Source of the DNA: a bacterium
GTDB taxonomy: Bacteria; J088; JAWLBW01
NCBI GenBank assembly: GCA_041690355.1
Contig: JAWLHK010000017.1
Span: forward strand, 1-64,000
Length of the DNA stretch: 64,000 nt
Direction: 5' to 3'
Of the stretch, positions 50,226-60,054 are shown piece by piece. The position numbers and the translations under genes are program-made. The notes under the pieces were generated by a model, which worked only from the letters and a program-made list of their open reading frames with translations, was not told where the DNA came from and searched no databases. Positions within the stretch are counted from its first letter, which is position 1. Each line of letters starts with the position of its first letter.

Positions 50226-50816
50226 ATGAGGATCGATTACGAGACGATCATCGCGTGGATTCCCGAGGGCGCGCGCGTGCTCGACCTTGGGTGCGGCACC
50301 GGCGAGCTCCTTGCAGAGCTCAACCGGCGCAAGCAGACCCGCGGCGTCGGCATGGAGATTTCGACCGAGTGCGTTGCCGCCTGCATCAGCCGCGGGGTCT
50401 CGGCCTACCAGGGAGACCTTGATCAGGGACTTGCCGACCTGCGATCCGATTCGTATGATTACGTGGTTCTGCATCAGACGCTGCAGTCGGTGCGCAATGC
50501 CGCCCTCGTCATGGCCGAAGCCGCCCGGGTCGGGCGCCGGCTGATCGTCGGTTTTCCCAACTTCGGCCGCTGGGACGTGCGGCTTCAGGTCTTGGCCGGC
50601 CGCACGCCGCGCACGCCCGACTTGCCCTTCGAATGGTACAACACGCCGAATCTTCACTTCTTTTCCCTGCTCGACTTCCGCGACTTCTGCCGCGAGCAGG
50701 GACTGCGGATTCTGCGCGAAGCGCATTTCGTCAAGAACCGCAGGATCCGTCTCGTGCCGAACGCACGAGCCTCGGCCTCGCTCTTTGAACTTGAACCCCG
50801 GAAGGGAACGCCATGA
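50226..50816 (+). CDS. metW: Methionine biosynthesis protein MetW
   Basis: VLDLGCGTG, QTLQ, FPNFG, WYNTPNLHF; follows metX. Confidence 0.92.
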   Translation: MRIDYETIIAWIPEGARVLDLGCGTGELLAELNRRKQTRGVGMEISTECVAACISRGVSAYQGDLDQGLADLRSDSYDYVVLHQTLQSVRNAALVMAEAARVGRRLIVGFPNFGRWDVRLQVLAGRTPRTPDLPFEWYNTPNLHFFSLLDFRDFCREQGLRILREAHFVKNRRIRLVPNARASASLFELEPRKGTP

Positions 50817-51628
50817 ACTCGATGACCTCCGCCCCCGCCTCGAACGACGCCGTTCGCACCGAACGCAACGGCCACCTCTTCGAAATCATTCTCAATCGGC
50901 CCGATAAACGCAACGCCATCAATCTCGACGTGCTCGACGGGCTTGCAGCCGCCGCGCAGGAGGCAGCGTCGCTCGACGTGCGCGCCATTGTGTTGCGTGG
51001 CGAGGGCAAGGCGTTTTCGGCCGGGCTCGACTTCGGCATGGCCATGTCGGGCGGCTTCCCCCTTGAACCGGGCATGGCCGAGTTCCGCTTCCAGCTCACC
51101 GAGCGGATTCAACGTCCGCTCACGATGCTCGAGAACCTCGACAAGCCGGTCATCGCCGCACTGCACGGCGTCTGCATCGGCTTCGGCCTCGAGATTGCCC
51201 TGGCCGCCGACCTGCGGGTCACGGCGCCGGACACGAAACTTTCACTCCCCGAGACTGCTCTGGGCCTCGTGCCCGACGTCGGCGGCACGACCCGTCTGCT
51301 GCGCACGGTCGGCCGATCGCGCGCCAAGGACATCATCTTCACGGCCCGCGACGTGGAACCCGAAGAGGCCTTGCGTATCGGTCTCGTCGACCGGATTTCG
51401 GCCGATCCGCTGGCGACGGCCCGCGAGCTGGCCACGACCATCGCGGGAAATGCGCCGCTGGCCGTCGGCCTCGCCAAACGCGTGATTGAACGCAGCGGCG
51501 ACGTCGATAAGCGTACCAGCTTCGATCTCGAGGGGATGGCCCAGAGCGTGTGCCTGCGCTCCGAGGACTTCATGGAGGGGATCCAGGCGCGCATGCAGAA
51601 GCGGACTCCCGATTTCAAGGGGCGCTGA
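50813..51628 (+). CDS. Enoyl-CoA hydratase/isomerase
   Basis: LNRPDKRNA, FSAGLD, GFGLEIALAADLR, PETALGLVPDVGG. Confidence 0.9.
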   Translation: MNSMTSAPASNDAVRTERNGHLFEIILNRPDKRNAINLDVLDGLAAAAQEAASLDVRAIVLRGEGKAFSAGLDFGMAMSGGFPLEPGMAEFRFQLTERIQRPLTMLENLDKPVIAALHGVCIGFGLEIALAADLRVTAPDTKLSLPETALGLVPDVGGTTRLLRTVGRSRAKDIIFTARDVEPEEALRIGLVDRISADPLATARELATTIAGNAPLAVGLAKRVIERSGDVDKRTSFDLEGMAQSVCLRSEDFMEGIQARMQKRTPDFKGR

Positions 51629-51665
51629 GGAGCCGGCCGAGCTTCTGGCCGGCTCCCGGTAAGGC

Positions 51666-54233
51666 ATGCGGATTCCATCTCGAGCAGCGCGTGAACCGTC
51701 GAGTCGGCGGAGGCTGAAGCCTGTGATTGCGGTCATCGTGGCGGCTTTCCTTGCCGCCATGGTGTATCTCCACCTCTCGATGCCCTCGGCCGTGGTGGCG
51801 AGGCATTCCCCCGCGCAGGAGTCGCATGCAATTTTGGAGGTCTTCGTCCAGAAAGACGACTACAGCTCCCTGAAGGCACATCGCGACCGGGCCGTCGAGC
51901 GCGGAGTGCTGCTCGAAAGCGATGAAGAGTTCGTGCCGGCGACGCTTCGGTACCAGGGGCAGGAGCTCGAGGCGCGCATCCGCTTGAAGGGTGACTGGAC
52001 CGATCACCTTCTCGATCCGGTCAAATGGTCGTTCCGCGTCGAGATGCGCGGCGACGACGCATTCCGCGGGATGCGTCGGTTCTCGCTGCAGCATCCGCAC
52101 ACCCGGAACTATCTGTACGAATGGGTCTACCATCGCGCTCTGGAACGCGAAGGGGTCATGCGCCTGCGTTATGACTTTCTTCCAGTCCGCGTGCATAAGG
52201 TCGGAAAGCTGGGGGCCGAAGAGACGTTCGACTTCGGCCTCTATGCCGTCGAAGAGGCGTTTGCGCCCGAGCTGCCGGGCAACAACCGGCGCAGGGAGGG
52301 GGTCATCGTCCGCTTCGACGAAACGGACCTGTGGGATCACTGGGCTGCCCTTCGCGCCGAGAACCTGCCGATTGACGCGGCAGAGTCTCCCGGTCTGACC
52401 CAGAACGTCAGGGTAGAACCGTTCTATACACAACGGGTGCTCGCGTCTCCGTCGCTGAGCAACGGCTTCGTGCGGGCGCGCGATCTTCTTCTCGACGCCT
52501 ATCATCAAAGGCGTCCATGGGAAAAGGTTTTTCTGCTCGACCGGCTTGCCGCGTTCAATGCCGTCATGGATCTGATGGGCGCGCAGCACTCCGGAGTCTG
52601 GCATAACCTGCGGTTCTATTACGATGCGTCAATGTCACGCCTGGAACCCATCGGCTTCGACGGCAATGCCGGTGCGCCGATCTTGAGGGTCAATCCTGTC
52701 TTCCCCCCGCTGCTCGATCTCCCCTATGCGCGGGAATACATCCGCGCACTGCGCAGAGTATCGAACGTCGGCTATGTGGAGGGCCTGCTGGGGGGCATGC
52801 AGCCGGAGCTCGACGTGCTCGATCGCCGGCTGACTGAGGAGTATGGCGCGAACTTCGTCGACAAGGTGATTCGGGACAACGCGGCCGTCATCCGGGCCAC
52901 GCTCGACTCGCCCGTTCAGCTTCTCGCGCATTACGATGCGTTCGTCGACCGTCACGTTGCCGTAAACGTCGTCTCGGTGAGCCGGTTCCCCATCGAAATC
53001 ATCGGCCTGAGCGTCGACGGCGAGCGAACGCTGACGCGACTTCCCGAACCGTTGGCCGTTCCCGCAGAGGGAAGTGCCCTGGTGAAGTTCACACTGCCCG
53101 AGCACTACGCAACCATTTTTACGGACCGGAACGACAGGATGCGTACCCGCCCCTTCGTCTACGAGAAGGATGCGCCGCGGGTAAGGCTTCTGTACCGGCT
53201 CGCGGGCGACAGGGTGCGCAATGCGCATATCCGCCTCTGGTCTGACTACCAGGGGGGATGGGCGGATACGGATCTCCTGCAGGTCCCGGGGAATGTCGAG
53301 CGTCACCGGCAGCTGTTCGAGCCGGGGACGGATGCGACGCAGCTCCTGATGCGCCGCGGCCGGCATGTGCTCCGCCAGGCGCTCGTGATTCCGCGCGGCA
53401 CCGTCCTGAATGTCGCGCCGGGAACAATGATCGACCTCGCAAACGGCGCCATGATTGTGGCGCACGGAGCCGTCCGCATCCATGGGACCCCCGAGTCGCC
53501 CGTCGAGATCACGAGTTCGGACGGAAAGGGGATGGGCCTCATCGTCCTGCGCGCCGGTCAGCCTTCCATTCTTCGCAACGTGCGCCTTGCGAACCTCGAT
53601 GCACCCCGCTCTGGAAATTGGAGCGTGACGGGTGGTGTAACTTTTTATGAGTCGCCGGTCGTGATGGAAGGCGTGCTGTTTGAAGCGTCCCGTTCGGAAG
53701 ACGCCCTCAACATCGTGCGCACCGGATTTTCCCTGAAGGATGTGGAGTTCAGGCGCGTCCGATATGACGCTTTCGACGGCGACTTTACGCGGGGCGAGAT
53801 TCGGAACGTTCGCTTTTCCGATGTGGGAAACGACGGCCTCGATTTTTCCGGTTCCACCGTCGCCGTCACGGGAGCGACGATGCTGCGGATCGGCGACAAG
53901 GGGATCAGCGCCGGAGAAGGGTCGATGCTCTATGTATCCTCCGTTACGGTCACGGCGAGCGAGATTGCTTTTGCAAGCAAGGATGCCTCACAGCTCACGG
54001 TGAGCGGTGCGCGCATTGAAGACACGCGCGTCGGCTTCACGGCCTATACGAAGAAGCCGGAGTACGGGCCGGCCTCGATTCGCGCCGACGGGATCTCGCA
54101 GTCGGCGGTCGAGGTCGATACACTGATTGAACGCACCTCGAGAATGGTGCATGACGGCCGCGAGGTCGCCCGGACGAGCGGCGTGAAAGCGCGCATGTAC
54201 GGAGCCGAGTTCGGGGCGGCCAGCGAACGGTAA
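51666..54233 (+). CDS. CotH-like kinase + right-handed beta-helix protein (paralog 1), N-terminal TM
   Basis: RLKGDWTDHL, WSFRVE, FSLQHP, GLYAVEE, WHNLRFYY..LEPIGFD; C-terminal SEDALNIVR, DAFDGDF, NDGLDFSGS, GDKGISAGE. Confidence 0.8.
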   Translation: MRIPSRAAREPSSRRRLKPVIAVIVAAFLAAMVYLHLSMPSAVVARHSPAQESHAILEVFVQKDDYSSLKAHRDRAVERGVLLESDEEFVPATLRYQGQELEARIRLKGDWTDHLLDPVKWSFRVEMRGDDAFRGMRRFSLQHPHTRNYLYEWVYHRALEREGVMRLRYDFLPVRVHKVGKLGAEETFDFGLYAVEEAFAPELPGNNRRREGVIVRFDETDLWDHWAALRAENLPIDAAESPGLTQNVRVEPFYTQRVLASPSLSNGFVRARDLLLDAYHQRRPWEKVFLLDRLAAFNAVMDLMGAQHSGVWHNLRFYYDASMSRLEPIGFDGNAGAPILRVNPVFPPLLDLPYAREYIRALRRVSNVGYVEGLLGGMQPELDVLDRRLTEEYGANFVDKVIRDNAAVIRATLDSPVQLLAHYDAFVDRHVAVNVVSVSRFPIEIIGLSVDGERTLTRLPEPLAVPAEGSALVKFTLPEHYATIFTDRNDRMRTRPFVYEKDAPRVRLLYRLAGDRVRNAHIRLWSDYQGGWADTDLLQVPGNVERHRQLFEPGTDATQLLMRRGRHVLRQALVIPRGTVLNVAPGTMIDLANGAMIVAHGAVRIHGTPESPVEITSSDGKGMGLIVLRAGQPSILRNVRLANLDAPRSGNWSVTGGVTFYESPVVMEGVLFEASRSEDALNIVRTGFSLKDVEFRRVRYDAFDGDFTRGEIRNVRFSDVGNDGLDFSGSTVAVTGATMLRIGDKGISAGEGSMLYVSSVTVTASEIAFASKDASQLTVSGARIEDTRVGFTAYTKKPEYGPASIRADGISQSAVEVDTLIERTSRMVHDGREVARTSGVKARMYGAEFGAASER

Positions 54234-54243
54234 GGAGAGAAGA

Positions 54244-54927
54244 ATGAATGAGTTGACCGAGGCGCTCGGCGATGCCTTTTCCCTGGAAGTCGGATACGCC
54301 GACATCGGCGGGTTTTTGCTGAGCGGGCTGCTGACGGCGCTGCTTGCGATAGTACTCGGGAAAGTCTACGTCCGGTTTGGGCGCTCGCTTTCGAACCGTG
54401 AGGCGTTCGCCGCGAACTTCGTGGTCATCGGGCTCACCACCATGATGATCATTTCTATCGTCAAGACCTCGATTGCGCTCTCTCTCGGCCTGGTCGGCGC
54501 GCTGTCCATTGTCCGCTTCCGTACGGCGATCAAGGAGCCGGAAGAACTCGCCTATCTGTTCTTCATCATTGCGCTCGGGCTAGGCATGGGCGCCGACAAG
54601 GTGGCCATCACGCTAGCCGGATTCGCGCTGCTTCTCGGCGTGCTGCTTCTTCGCGGCCGGGTGTTCGAGGCGGGCGCGAGCCAGAGCCTTTACCTGACGA
54701 TCGCGTCGGCGCGGGGGGGTGAGAGCGGCGTACGCCTGGAGCAGCTGGTCTCGGCCCTGCAGGAGCATTGCGAACGCATCGACCTCAAGCGCTTCGACGA
54801 GAACGACGAGCAGATGGAGGCGTCGTTTGCGGTCCGCTGCCGGGATTACGGCCGTCTGGAGCGCCTGCGGGATGCCTTGCAGAAGCTGGATCCCCGCCTG
54901 CGCATCGGTGTGGTGGACACGCAGTAA
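54244..54927 (+). CDS. DUF4956 membrane protein (MgtC/SapB-like)
   Basis: SIALSLGLVGALSIVRFRTAIKEPEELAYLF signature; C-terminal ACT-like soluble domain. Confidence 0.88.
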   Translation: MNELTEALGDAFSLEVGYADIGGFLLSGLLTALLAIVLGKVYVRFGRSLSNREAFAANFVVIGLTTMMIISIVKTSIALSLGLVGALSIVRFRTAIKEPEELAYLFFIIALGLGMGADKVAITLAGFALLLGVLLLRGRVFEAGASQSLYLTIASARGGESGVRLEQLVSALQEHCERIDLKRFDENDEQMEASFAVRCRDYGRLERLRDALQKLDPRLRIGVVDTQ

Positions 54928-54930
54928 GGT

Positions 54931-57513
54931 ATGCGGGTTCCCGTATCCAGCACCGATGCGCCCGGCTCGTCTGGGCGTGGTTCGCGCCGCCTGGGCTGGC
55001 TGCTGGGTGCGCTCGGGGTGGCCATCGTGCTGGCAGCGCTCCCCCATGTGGCCGATCGACTTGCCGATGATGACCGGAATACCAGCGATGGCGTGTTTTC
55101 CGAGACGGCCGAATGGATTGAGCTTCTGGTCGAGGAAGAGGATTACCGCAAGCTTGCAGCCCACCGTGAGGAAGCCGTTCGCAGCGGCATCCTGCTGGCC
55201 GATGATGACGACTTCGTGCCGGTCACGATTCGTCATGCCGGACGCGACCTGAAGGCACGCATGCGTCTGAAGGGTGACTGGACGGACCATCTGAAGGATG
55301 AGGCGCGCTGGTCATTCCGCATCGAGATGCGTGGCGACGATTCCTTTCTTGGCATGCGCCGCTTCTCGCTGCAGCACCCCATGACGCGGAACTATCTGTA
55401 CGAATGGCTGTTCCACCGCGCTCTCGCGCGTGAGGATGTCATGCGGCTGCGCTACGAGTTCGCGCCCGTTCGGCTGCACCGGGTCGGCAAGTTTTCGGCT
55501 GCCAGAACGATCAATCTCGGCCTCTACGCAATAGAGCAGGCATTCTCTCCGGAGCTTCCCGGTACGAACCGCCGACGGGAGGGTGTCATTGTTCGCCTTG
55601 ATGAGTCGGCGCTGTGGAAGCATCGCGCAGCCGCCTACGCGCAAGGGTTGGGGCCCCATCTGGCGCGGGACAAGGACCTCGAGCGGGAGGCCGTGGTTAC
55701 GCCATTTTATCCGCAGCGGCTCCTCGAGTCTGCGGCCCTGGGTGCCCAGTATGAGCGCGCCCGCGACCTCCTGCTCGACGCCGTACAACGCCGAAAGCCG
55801 TGGGGCCAGGTTTTTCATCTGGAGCGTCTTGCCGCCTTCAACGCGGTTGCCGACGTGATGGGCGCCCACCATGGGGTCTACTGGCACAACACGCGCTTCT
55901 ATTACGATTCGATAGCCTCGCGGCTGGAGCCCATCGGCTTCGACGGGAACTCAGGGCTATCGATTGAGCGTACGGTGGCGGTCTTCAACGGTCTCGATGA
56001 GCCGGGATACGCACGGGCGTACGTCGCCGCCCTGAACCGGATCTCCGATCCGGCGTGGCTGGAGTCGCTTTTCAAAGAGACGGCCGACGAAGTCCAGCGC
56101 CTTGATCTTGCACTGGCCAGAGAGTATGGCGTCGTATTCGACCCGAAGGTTCTCGAGCACAACGCAGCCGTAATTCGCGACGCGCTCCACACTCCGGTCA
56201 TGGTGAAGGCCTTCTTCGACAGCTTTGTCGATCGCAGGGTCGTCGTTCGAATCACGTCACTGACTGCGCTGCCGCTTGAAGTCGTCGGCCTCAGCGTCGA
56301 CGGGCGCAGAATGCTGGCCGAAGGGGACGTCCGTCACCTCGGCGGGGCAGAGTCTTCGTTCTTCGAGTTCACGCTGCCCGAGCATTTTGAAACCCTTTTT
56401 ACGGACCGTGTCGACCGGTCGCGTACAAGGGGGTTCGTCTACGAAAAGGATGCGTCACGTATCCGCATCGCCTATCGGCCGGCCGGGTTGAAAGACGTGC
56501 GTTATGCCGAAATCCATCCCTGGCGGGAATATGTCGGTGGATGGAGCGAGTCGAACCTTCTCCATCAGAAACCGAATGCGCCCGGTCAGGATTTTCTTAA
56601 GGCCGCGCCCGACCGCTCGCGTTACTGGGTGCGTCCCGGGCGGCATACCGTGCGTGTGCCGGTGGTCATTCCCGCAGAGACCGAACTCGTCTTTGCACCG
56701 GGGGCCATTCTTGATCTCGTTCAGGGCGGGATGCTTCTCTCCTACGCGCCGGTTCGAATGCTCGGGACGCCGGGTGCGCCGGTCGAGATCCTGAGCTCCG
56801 ACCAGACAGGCCGCGGCCTCATCGTTCTCAAGGCGGCTGGCGGCTCACACCTGCGGCATGTCCGCTTCGCGGGCCTTCAGGCGCCGCGTTCCGGGAATTG
56901 GACGGTCACCGGCGGCGTCACCTTCTACGAGTCTCCGGTCACGATGGAGAACGTCGTGTTCGAGGACTCGCAGACCGAAGATGCACTGAACATCGTGCGC
57001 TCGAAGTTCCTGCTGCGGGACGTGGCCTTCCGCAACATCCGCTATGACGCCTTCGACGGGGACTTCACGGAAGGCGAGATCCACAACGCGCGATTCGAAA
57101 ACGTGGGCAATGACGGTCTCGACTTTTCGGGCTCGACGGTCATGGTGACCGGAGCGACGATGACCGGCATCGGCGACAAGGGGATCAGCGCCGGCGAGGG
57201 CTCGACCCTGTACGTCTCGGGCGTGGCCGTATCGGCCAGCGAAGTCGCCTTCGCAAGTAAAGATGCCTCGCGCCTGACGGTGACCGATTCCCGCATCGAG
57301 AACACGCGCGTAGGGTTCACGGCTTACATGAAGAAGCCGGAATTCGGTTCCGGAACCATCCACGCGGAGCGCATCGTTCAGCAGGGCGTGGAGGTCGACA
57401 CCCTGATCGATCGGACCTCGAGCATGGTCCTGGACGGACGGGCAGTTCCCCGCACGAGCGGTGTCAAGGCCAGCATGTACGGCGCAGAGTACGGAGCGGC
57501 GAGCGAACGATGA
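54931..57513 (+). CDS. CotH-like kinase + right-handed beta-helix protein (paralog 2), N-terminal TM
   Basis: Same motifs as paralog 1, colinear over the full length; both end GAASER. Confidence 0.8.
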   Translation: MRVPVSSTDAPGSSGRGSRRLGWLLGALGVAIVLAALPHVADRLADDDRNTSDGVFSETAEWIELLVEEEDYRKLAAHREEAVRSGILLADDDDFVPVTIRHAGRDLKARMRLKGDWTDHLKDEARWSFRIEMRGDDSFLGMRRFSLQHPMTRNYLYEWLFHRALAREDVMRLRYEFAPVRLHRVGKFSAARTINLGLYAIEQAFSPELPGTNRRREGVIVRLDESALWKHRAAAYAQGLGPHLARDKDLEREAVVTPFYPQRLLESAALGAQYERARDLLLDAVQRRKPWGQVFHLERLAAFNAVADVMGAHHGVYWHNTRFYYDSIASRLEPIGFDGNSGLSIERTVAVFNGLDEPGYARAYVAALNRISDPAWLESLFKETADEVQRLDLALAREYGVVFDPKVLEHNAAVIRDALHTPVMVKAFFDSFVDRRVVVRITSLTALPLEVVGLSVDGRRMLAEGDVRHLGGAESSFFEFTLPEHFETLFTDRVDRSRTRGFVYEKDASRIRIAYRPAGLKDVRYAEIHPWREYVGGWSESNLLHQKPNAPGQDFLKAAPDRSRYWVRPGRHTVRVPVVIPAETELVFAPGAILDLVQGGMLLSYAPVRMLGTPGAPVEILSSDQTGRGLIVLKAAGGSHLRHVRFAGLQAPRSGNWTVTGGVTFYESPVTMENVVFEDSQTEDALNIVRSKFLLRDVAFRNIRYDAFDGDFTEGEIHNARFENVGNDGLDFSGSTVMVTGATMTGIGDKGISAGEGSTLYVSGVAVSASEVAFASKDASRLTVTDSRIENTRVGFTAYMKKPEFGSGTIHAERIVQQGVEVDTLIDRTSSMVLDGRAVPRTSGVKASMYGAEYGAASER

Positions 57514-58217
57514 CGCTGCATACGGTCGAGCAGATTGCCCAGGCGGCAGCGGTCGCGCCCGGAGAGTTCCGCCGCGAGCGGAAGTCGATGATCGGGGTTC
57601 GGGATCTTCCCGCCGTTCTCGCGCGCTTGAATACGGCCGCCGCTGCCTTTCGCAGGCCTTTCGCCGATCGGTGGATCAACAATCTCTACTGGGACACGCT
57701 GGATTACGCGCATCTATCCGCGAACCAGGCGGGCTACGGCATGCGCCACAAAGTGCGGCTGCGCTGGTACGGCGAACCCGAGGCAACCGGAAGCGTACAG
57801 CTCGAAGTCAAGGAGCGCCGGGGCGAAGTCGGGTGCAAGTGGACGTTGGCGGTCGCGCTGCCGCTTTCCGACCTGCTGCGCGAGGGGTCGCTGAAGTCGC
57901 TGGTTCCGCCTGCGCTGCACCGGTTCACCGACGGCTGCCGCCCGGCCCTGTTCAACCGCTATCGCCGGCAGTACTTTCTGAGCGACGACCGGGCCGTGCG
58001 CGTGACCGTCGACACGGAGACGTCCTATGCGGCCGTGCGCGCTTTCGGGCGCGGCGCGTCGGTGCTCGATCCGGAGTATGCCGTGGTGGAACTCAAGTAT
58101 GCGCCGGAGGCTGAGAAAGAGGCCTCGCGCGTGATGCAGTCGCTTGGCCTGCGCGCGACCCGGAGTTCGAAATACGTCCGGGGGATGGAACTCGTCGCCC
58201 CCTGGCTGAAGCCCTAG
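57510..58217 (+). CDS. VTC-domain (CYTH/TTM) polyphosphate-polymerase-like protein
   Basis: RRERK, NNLYWDT, RHKVRLRWYG, LEVK, YRRQYF, RVTVD, VELKY, SKY; ATGA overlap with paralog 2. Confidence 0.85.
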   Translation: MTLHTVEQIAQAAAVAPGEFRRERKSMIGVRDLPAVLARLNTAAAAFRRPFADRWINNLYWDTLDYAHLSANQAGYGMRHKVRLRWYGEPEATGSVQLEVKERRGEVGCKWTLAVALPLSDLLREGSLKSLVPPALHRFTDGCRPALFNRYRRQYFLSDDRAVRVTVDTETSYAAVRAFGRGASVLDPEYAVVELKYAPEAEKEASRVMQSLGLRATRSSKYVRGMELVAPWLKP

Positions 58218-58257
58218 CATCCTTTTCCGAATCCCTTCGTATGCAGAAGAGGCGTTC

Positions 58258-58824
58258 ATGAATCTCCGTTTCCTCGTGCCTTGGTGTGCCGCGGTACTTC
58301 TGTCGCTGGTTCCACTTCCGGCCGGCGCCGACAGTCTCTGGCAGACCGGTGCGATCCTCGACGTGAACGCGCGGGCGCTTCCCGGCGTTTCGGTGGCCTG
58401 GGGCGCCGACGGCCTGCTCGACCGGCGGCTCAGATTCCGCTTCGACTACGTGAGCAGCCGCCTGGGCGTCCTGGCGGGCACGCGCATGCAGTCTGAGGAT
58501 CGGTTCGGGCTGCACGCGCTCTGGCACTTCACGTCGTGGGACGGCTGGGAACCGTATGCCGGACTCGAGCTCGGGTATGTGCGCTTCGACCGCCCCGCGG
58601 CCGCATTCGATCTGCTCCCCAACAGCGCGCCGACTCTGGCGGTGCGGGCGGGGCTCGACGCGCCTCTTCTGCATGACCAGTTGCGTCTCGGGGTGTCGGC
58701 AGGCTTTCACGCGCTGACCTCCTCGACGGTTTATCCGATCACGGCTGCCCTCGGACTCGCCTGGCGGTTCGCCGACGTTGCTCCTGTTCCGGAACGTCAC
58801 GCGGCAGAGGGAGGTGAGAAGTGA
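58258..58824 (+). CDS. Small outer-membrane beta-barrel-like protein
   Basis: Signal peptide, amphipathic strands, EPYAGLELGY, ALGLAWRF. Confidence 0.6.
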   Translation: MNLRFLVPWCAAVLLSLVPLPAGADSLWQTGAILDVNARALPGVSVAWGADGLLDRRLRFRFDYVSSRLGVLAGTRMQSEDRFGLHALWHFTSWDGWEPYAGLELGYVRFDRPAAAFDLLPNSAPTLAVRAGLDAPLLHDQLRLGVSAGFHALTSSTVYPITAALGLAWRFADVAPVPERHAAEGGEK

Positions 58825-59747
58825 AGCGGCTACTTCTGGCCGGCCTGCTTGTTCTGGCGGCGTGCGGCGAACCGGAATTCGAGTATGAAGACTGGTGGAT
58901 GGACAGCCCGAAGACCCAGGATCCGTCGCTGACCGATCCGTCGTACCGGGTTTCGACGCGCCCCGGGCTCACGGCGGCCGATCGGCAGAAGCCGGTCATC
59001 ATCGCCGTCCACGGTTTCACGGCGACGACCTACGAGTGGGAAGAGTTCCGCGACTTTGCCGATCAGGACGGGCGCGCGCTCCTCTCCCTGGTTCTGCTCG
59101 GGGGGCACGGGCGCAATGTGGAAGCATTCCGCGCGAGCCGATGGACTGACTGGGGTGCGCCCATTCTTGCGGAATACGAGGCACTGGTGAAGCAGGGCTA
59201 CACGAACATCAGCCTGGTCGGCTCGTCGACCGGCGGCGCCCTGATCCTCGAATATCTCCATCAGGGGAAGTTCAATCGGCAGCCGCCGAAGGAAATCTTC
59301 TTCATCGATTCCATCGTCGTTCCGGGGAACAAGTTTCTCACCTTGAGTCACGTCGTCGGCCCGGTGCTGGGAAACGTGCCGGGCGACGGCACCGACGAGG
59401 AGAAGCGGCACTGGTACATCAACCGGCCGGCCGAGCCGCTCGAGTCGCTGAATGACCTGCTGGTGCGCATCCGCGGCGAGCTGGAAACGGAGATCCGGCT
59501 GCCGGCTGGCACGCGGGCAAAGATCTACAAGACCAATCAGGACACGTCGGCGGATCCCGTCAGCGCCGTGCTGATGTACGAAGGTCTGCGGCAGGCCGAC
59601 GGATCGCCGCTCGAGGTGCAGGTGTTCGACTCGGACCTGCACGTCTTCACCCGCCTCAAGGGTCGCGAGAGTGGAACCTACGATTCCGCCGACGTCGCTC
59701 GCCAGCAGGCGACGTTCCGCGAGATGATCGAGCGGACACTCGATTGA
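58821..59747 (+). CDS. Alpha/beta-hydrolase (carboxylesterase-like) lipoprotein
   Basis: LAAC lipobox, VHGFTA, GGHG, GSSTGG elbow, D..ADP, late His (LHVF); GTGA overlap. Confidence 0.8.
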   Translation: MKRLLLAGLLVLAACGEPEFEYEDWWMDSPKTQDPSLTDPSYRVSTRPGLTAADRQKPVIIAVHGFTATTYEWEEFRDFADQDGRALLSLVLLGGHGRNVEAFRASRWTDWGAPILAEYEALVKQGYTNISLVGSSTGGALILEYLHQGKFNRQPPKEIFFIDSIVVPGNKFLTLSHVVGPVLGNVPGDGTDEEKRHWYINRPAEPLESLNDLLVRIRGELETEIRLPAGTRAKIYKTNQDTSADPVSAVLMYEGLRQADGSPLEVQVFDSDLHVFTRLKGRESGTYDSADVARQQATFREMIERTLD

Positions 59748-59834
59748 CAATTTACGATTGACGATTGACGATTTTACGCCCCCCTTCCATTTGCAATGGC
59801 CTTGATTCCGTTCGCCCCGAGCCCGTCGAGGGGC
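59741..59834. repeat. (CGATTGA)n array spanning the stop codon plus short REP-like half element
   Basis: cgattga caattta cgattga cgattga cgatttta; CCGTTCGCCCCGAGCCCGTCGAGGGGC at 59808. Confidence 0.75.
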
Positions 59835-60054
59835 CAGAATGTCTACGCGAACTTGCTCGAGGCCCTAGTCAATGGCGGGTTTCGAAGCTGCGAACCCGCT
59901 GTCCATGCGGCGCTGGGCCTTCGAGACGCCGGAGACGTAATCCTCGCGAGACCATGCCGCGAAATTGAATTTCGGTTCCCCAAGCCCGGCTCCTCAGGCC
60001 GCACGGTCACGCGCTGACACTATTTTTGGACAAGACTGATCGCCAATCGCCAAT

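Noticed and set aside
59796-60017. 73-aa ORF in the repeat-rich junction
   Set aside because: Starts across the REP-like element, with no RBS, weak codon bias and no motif
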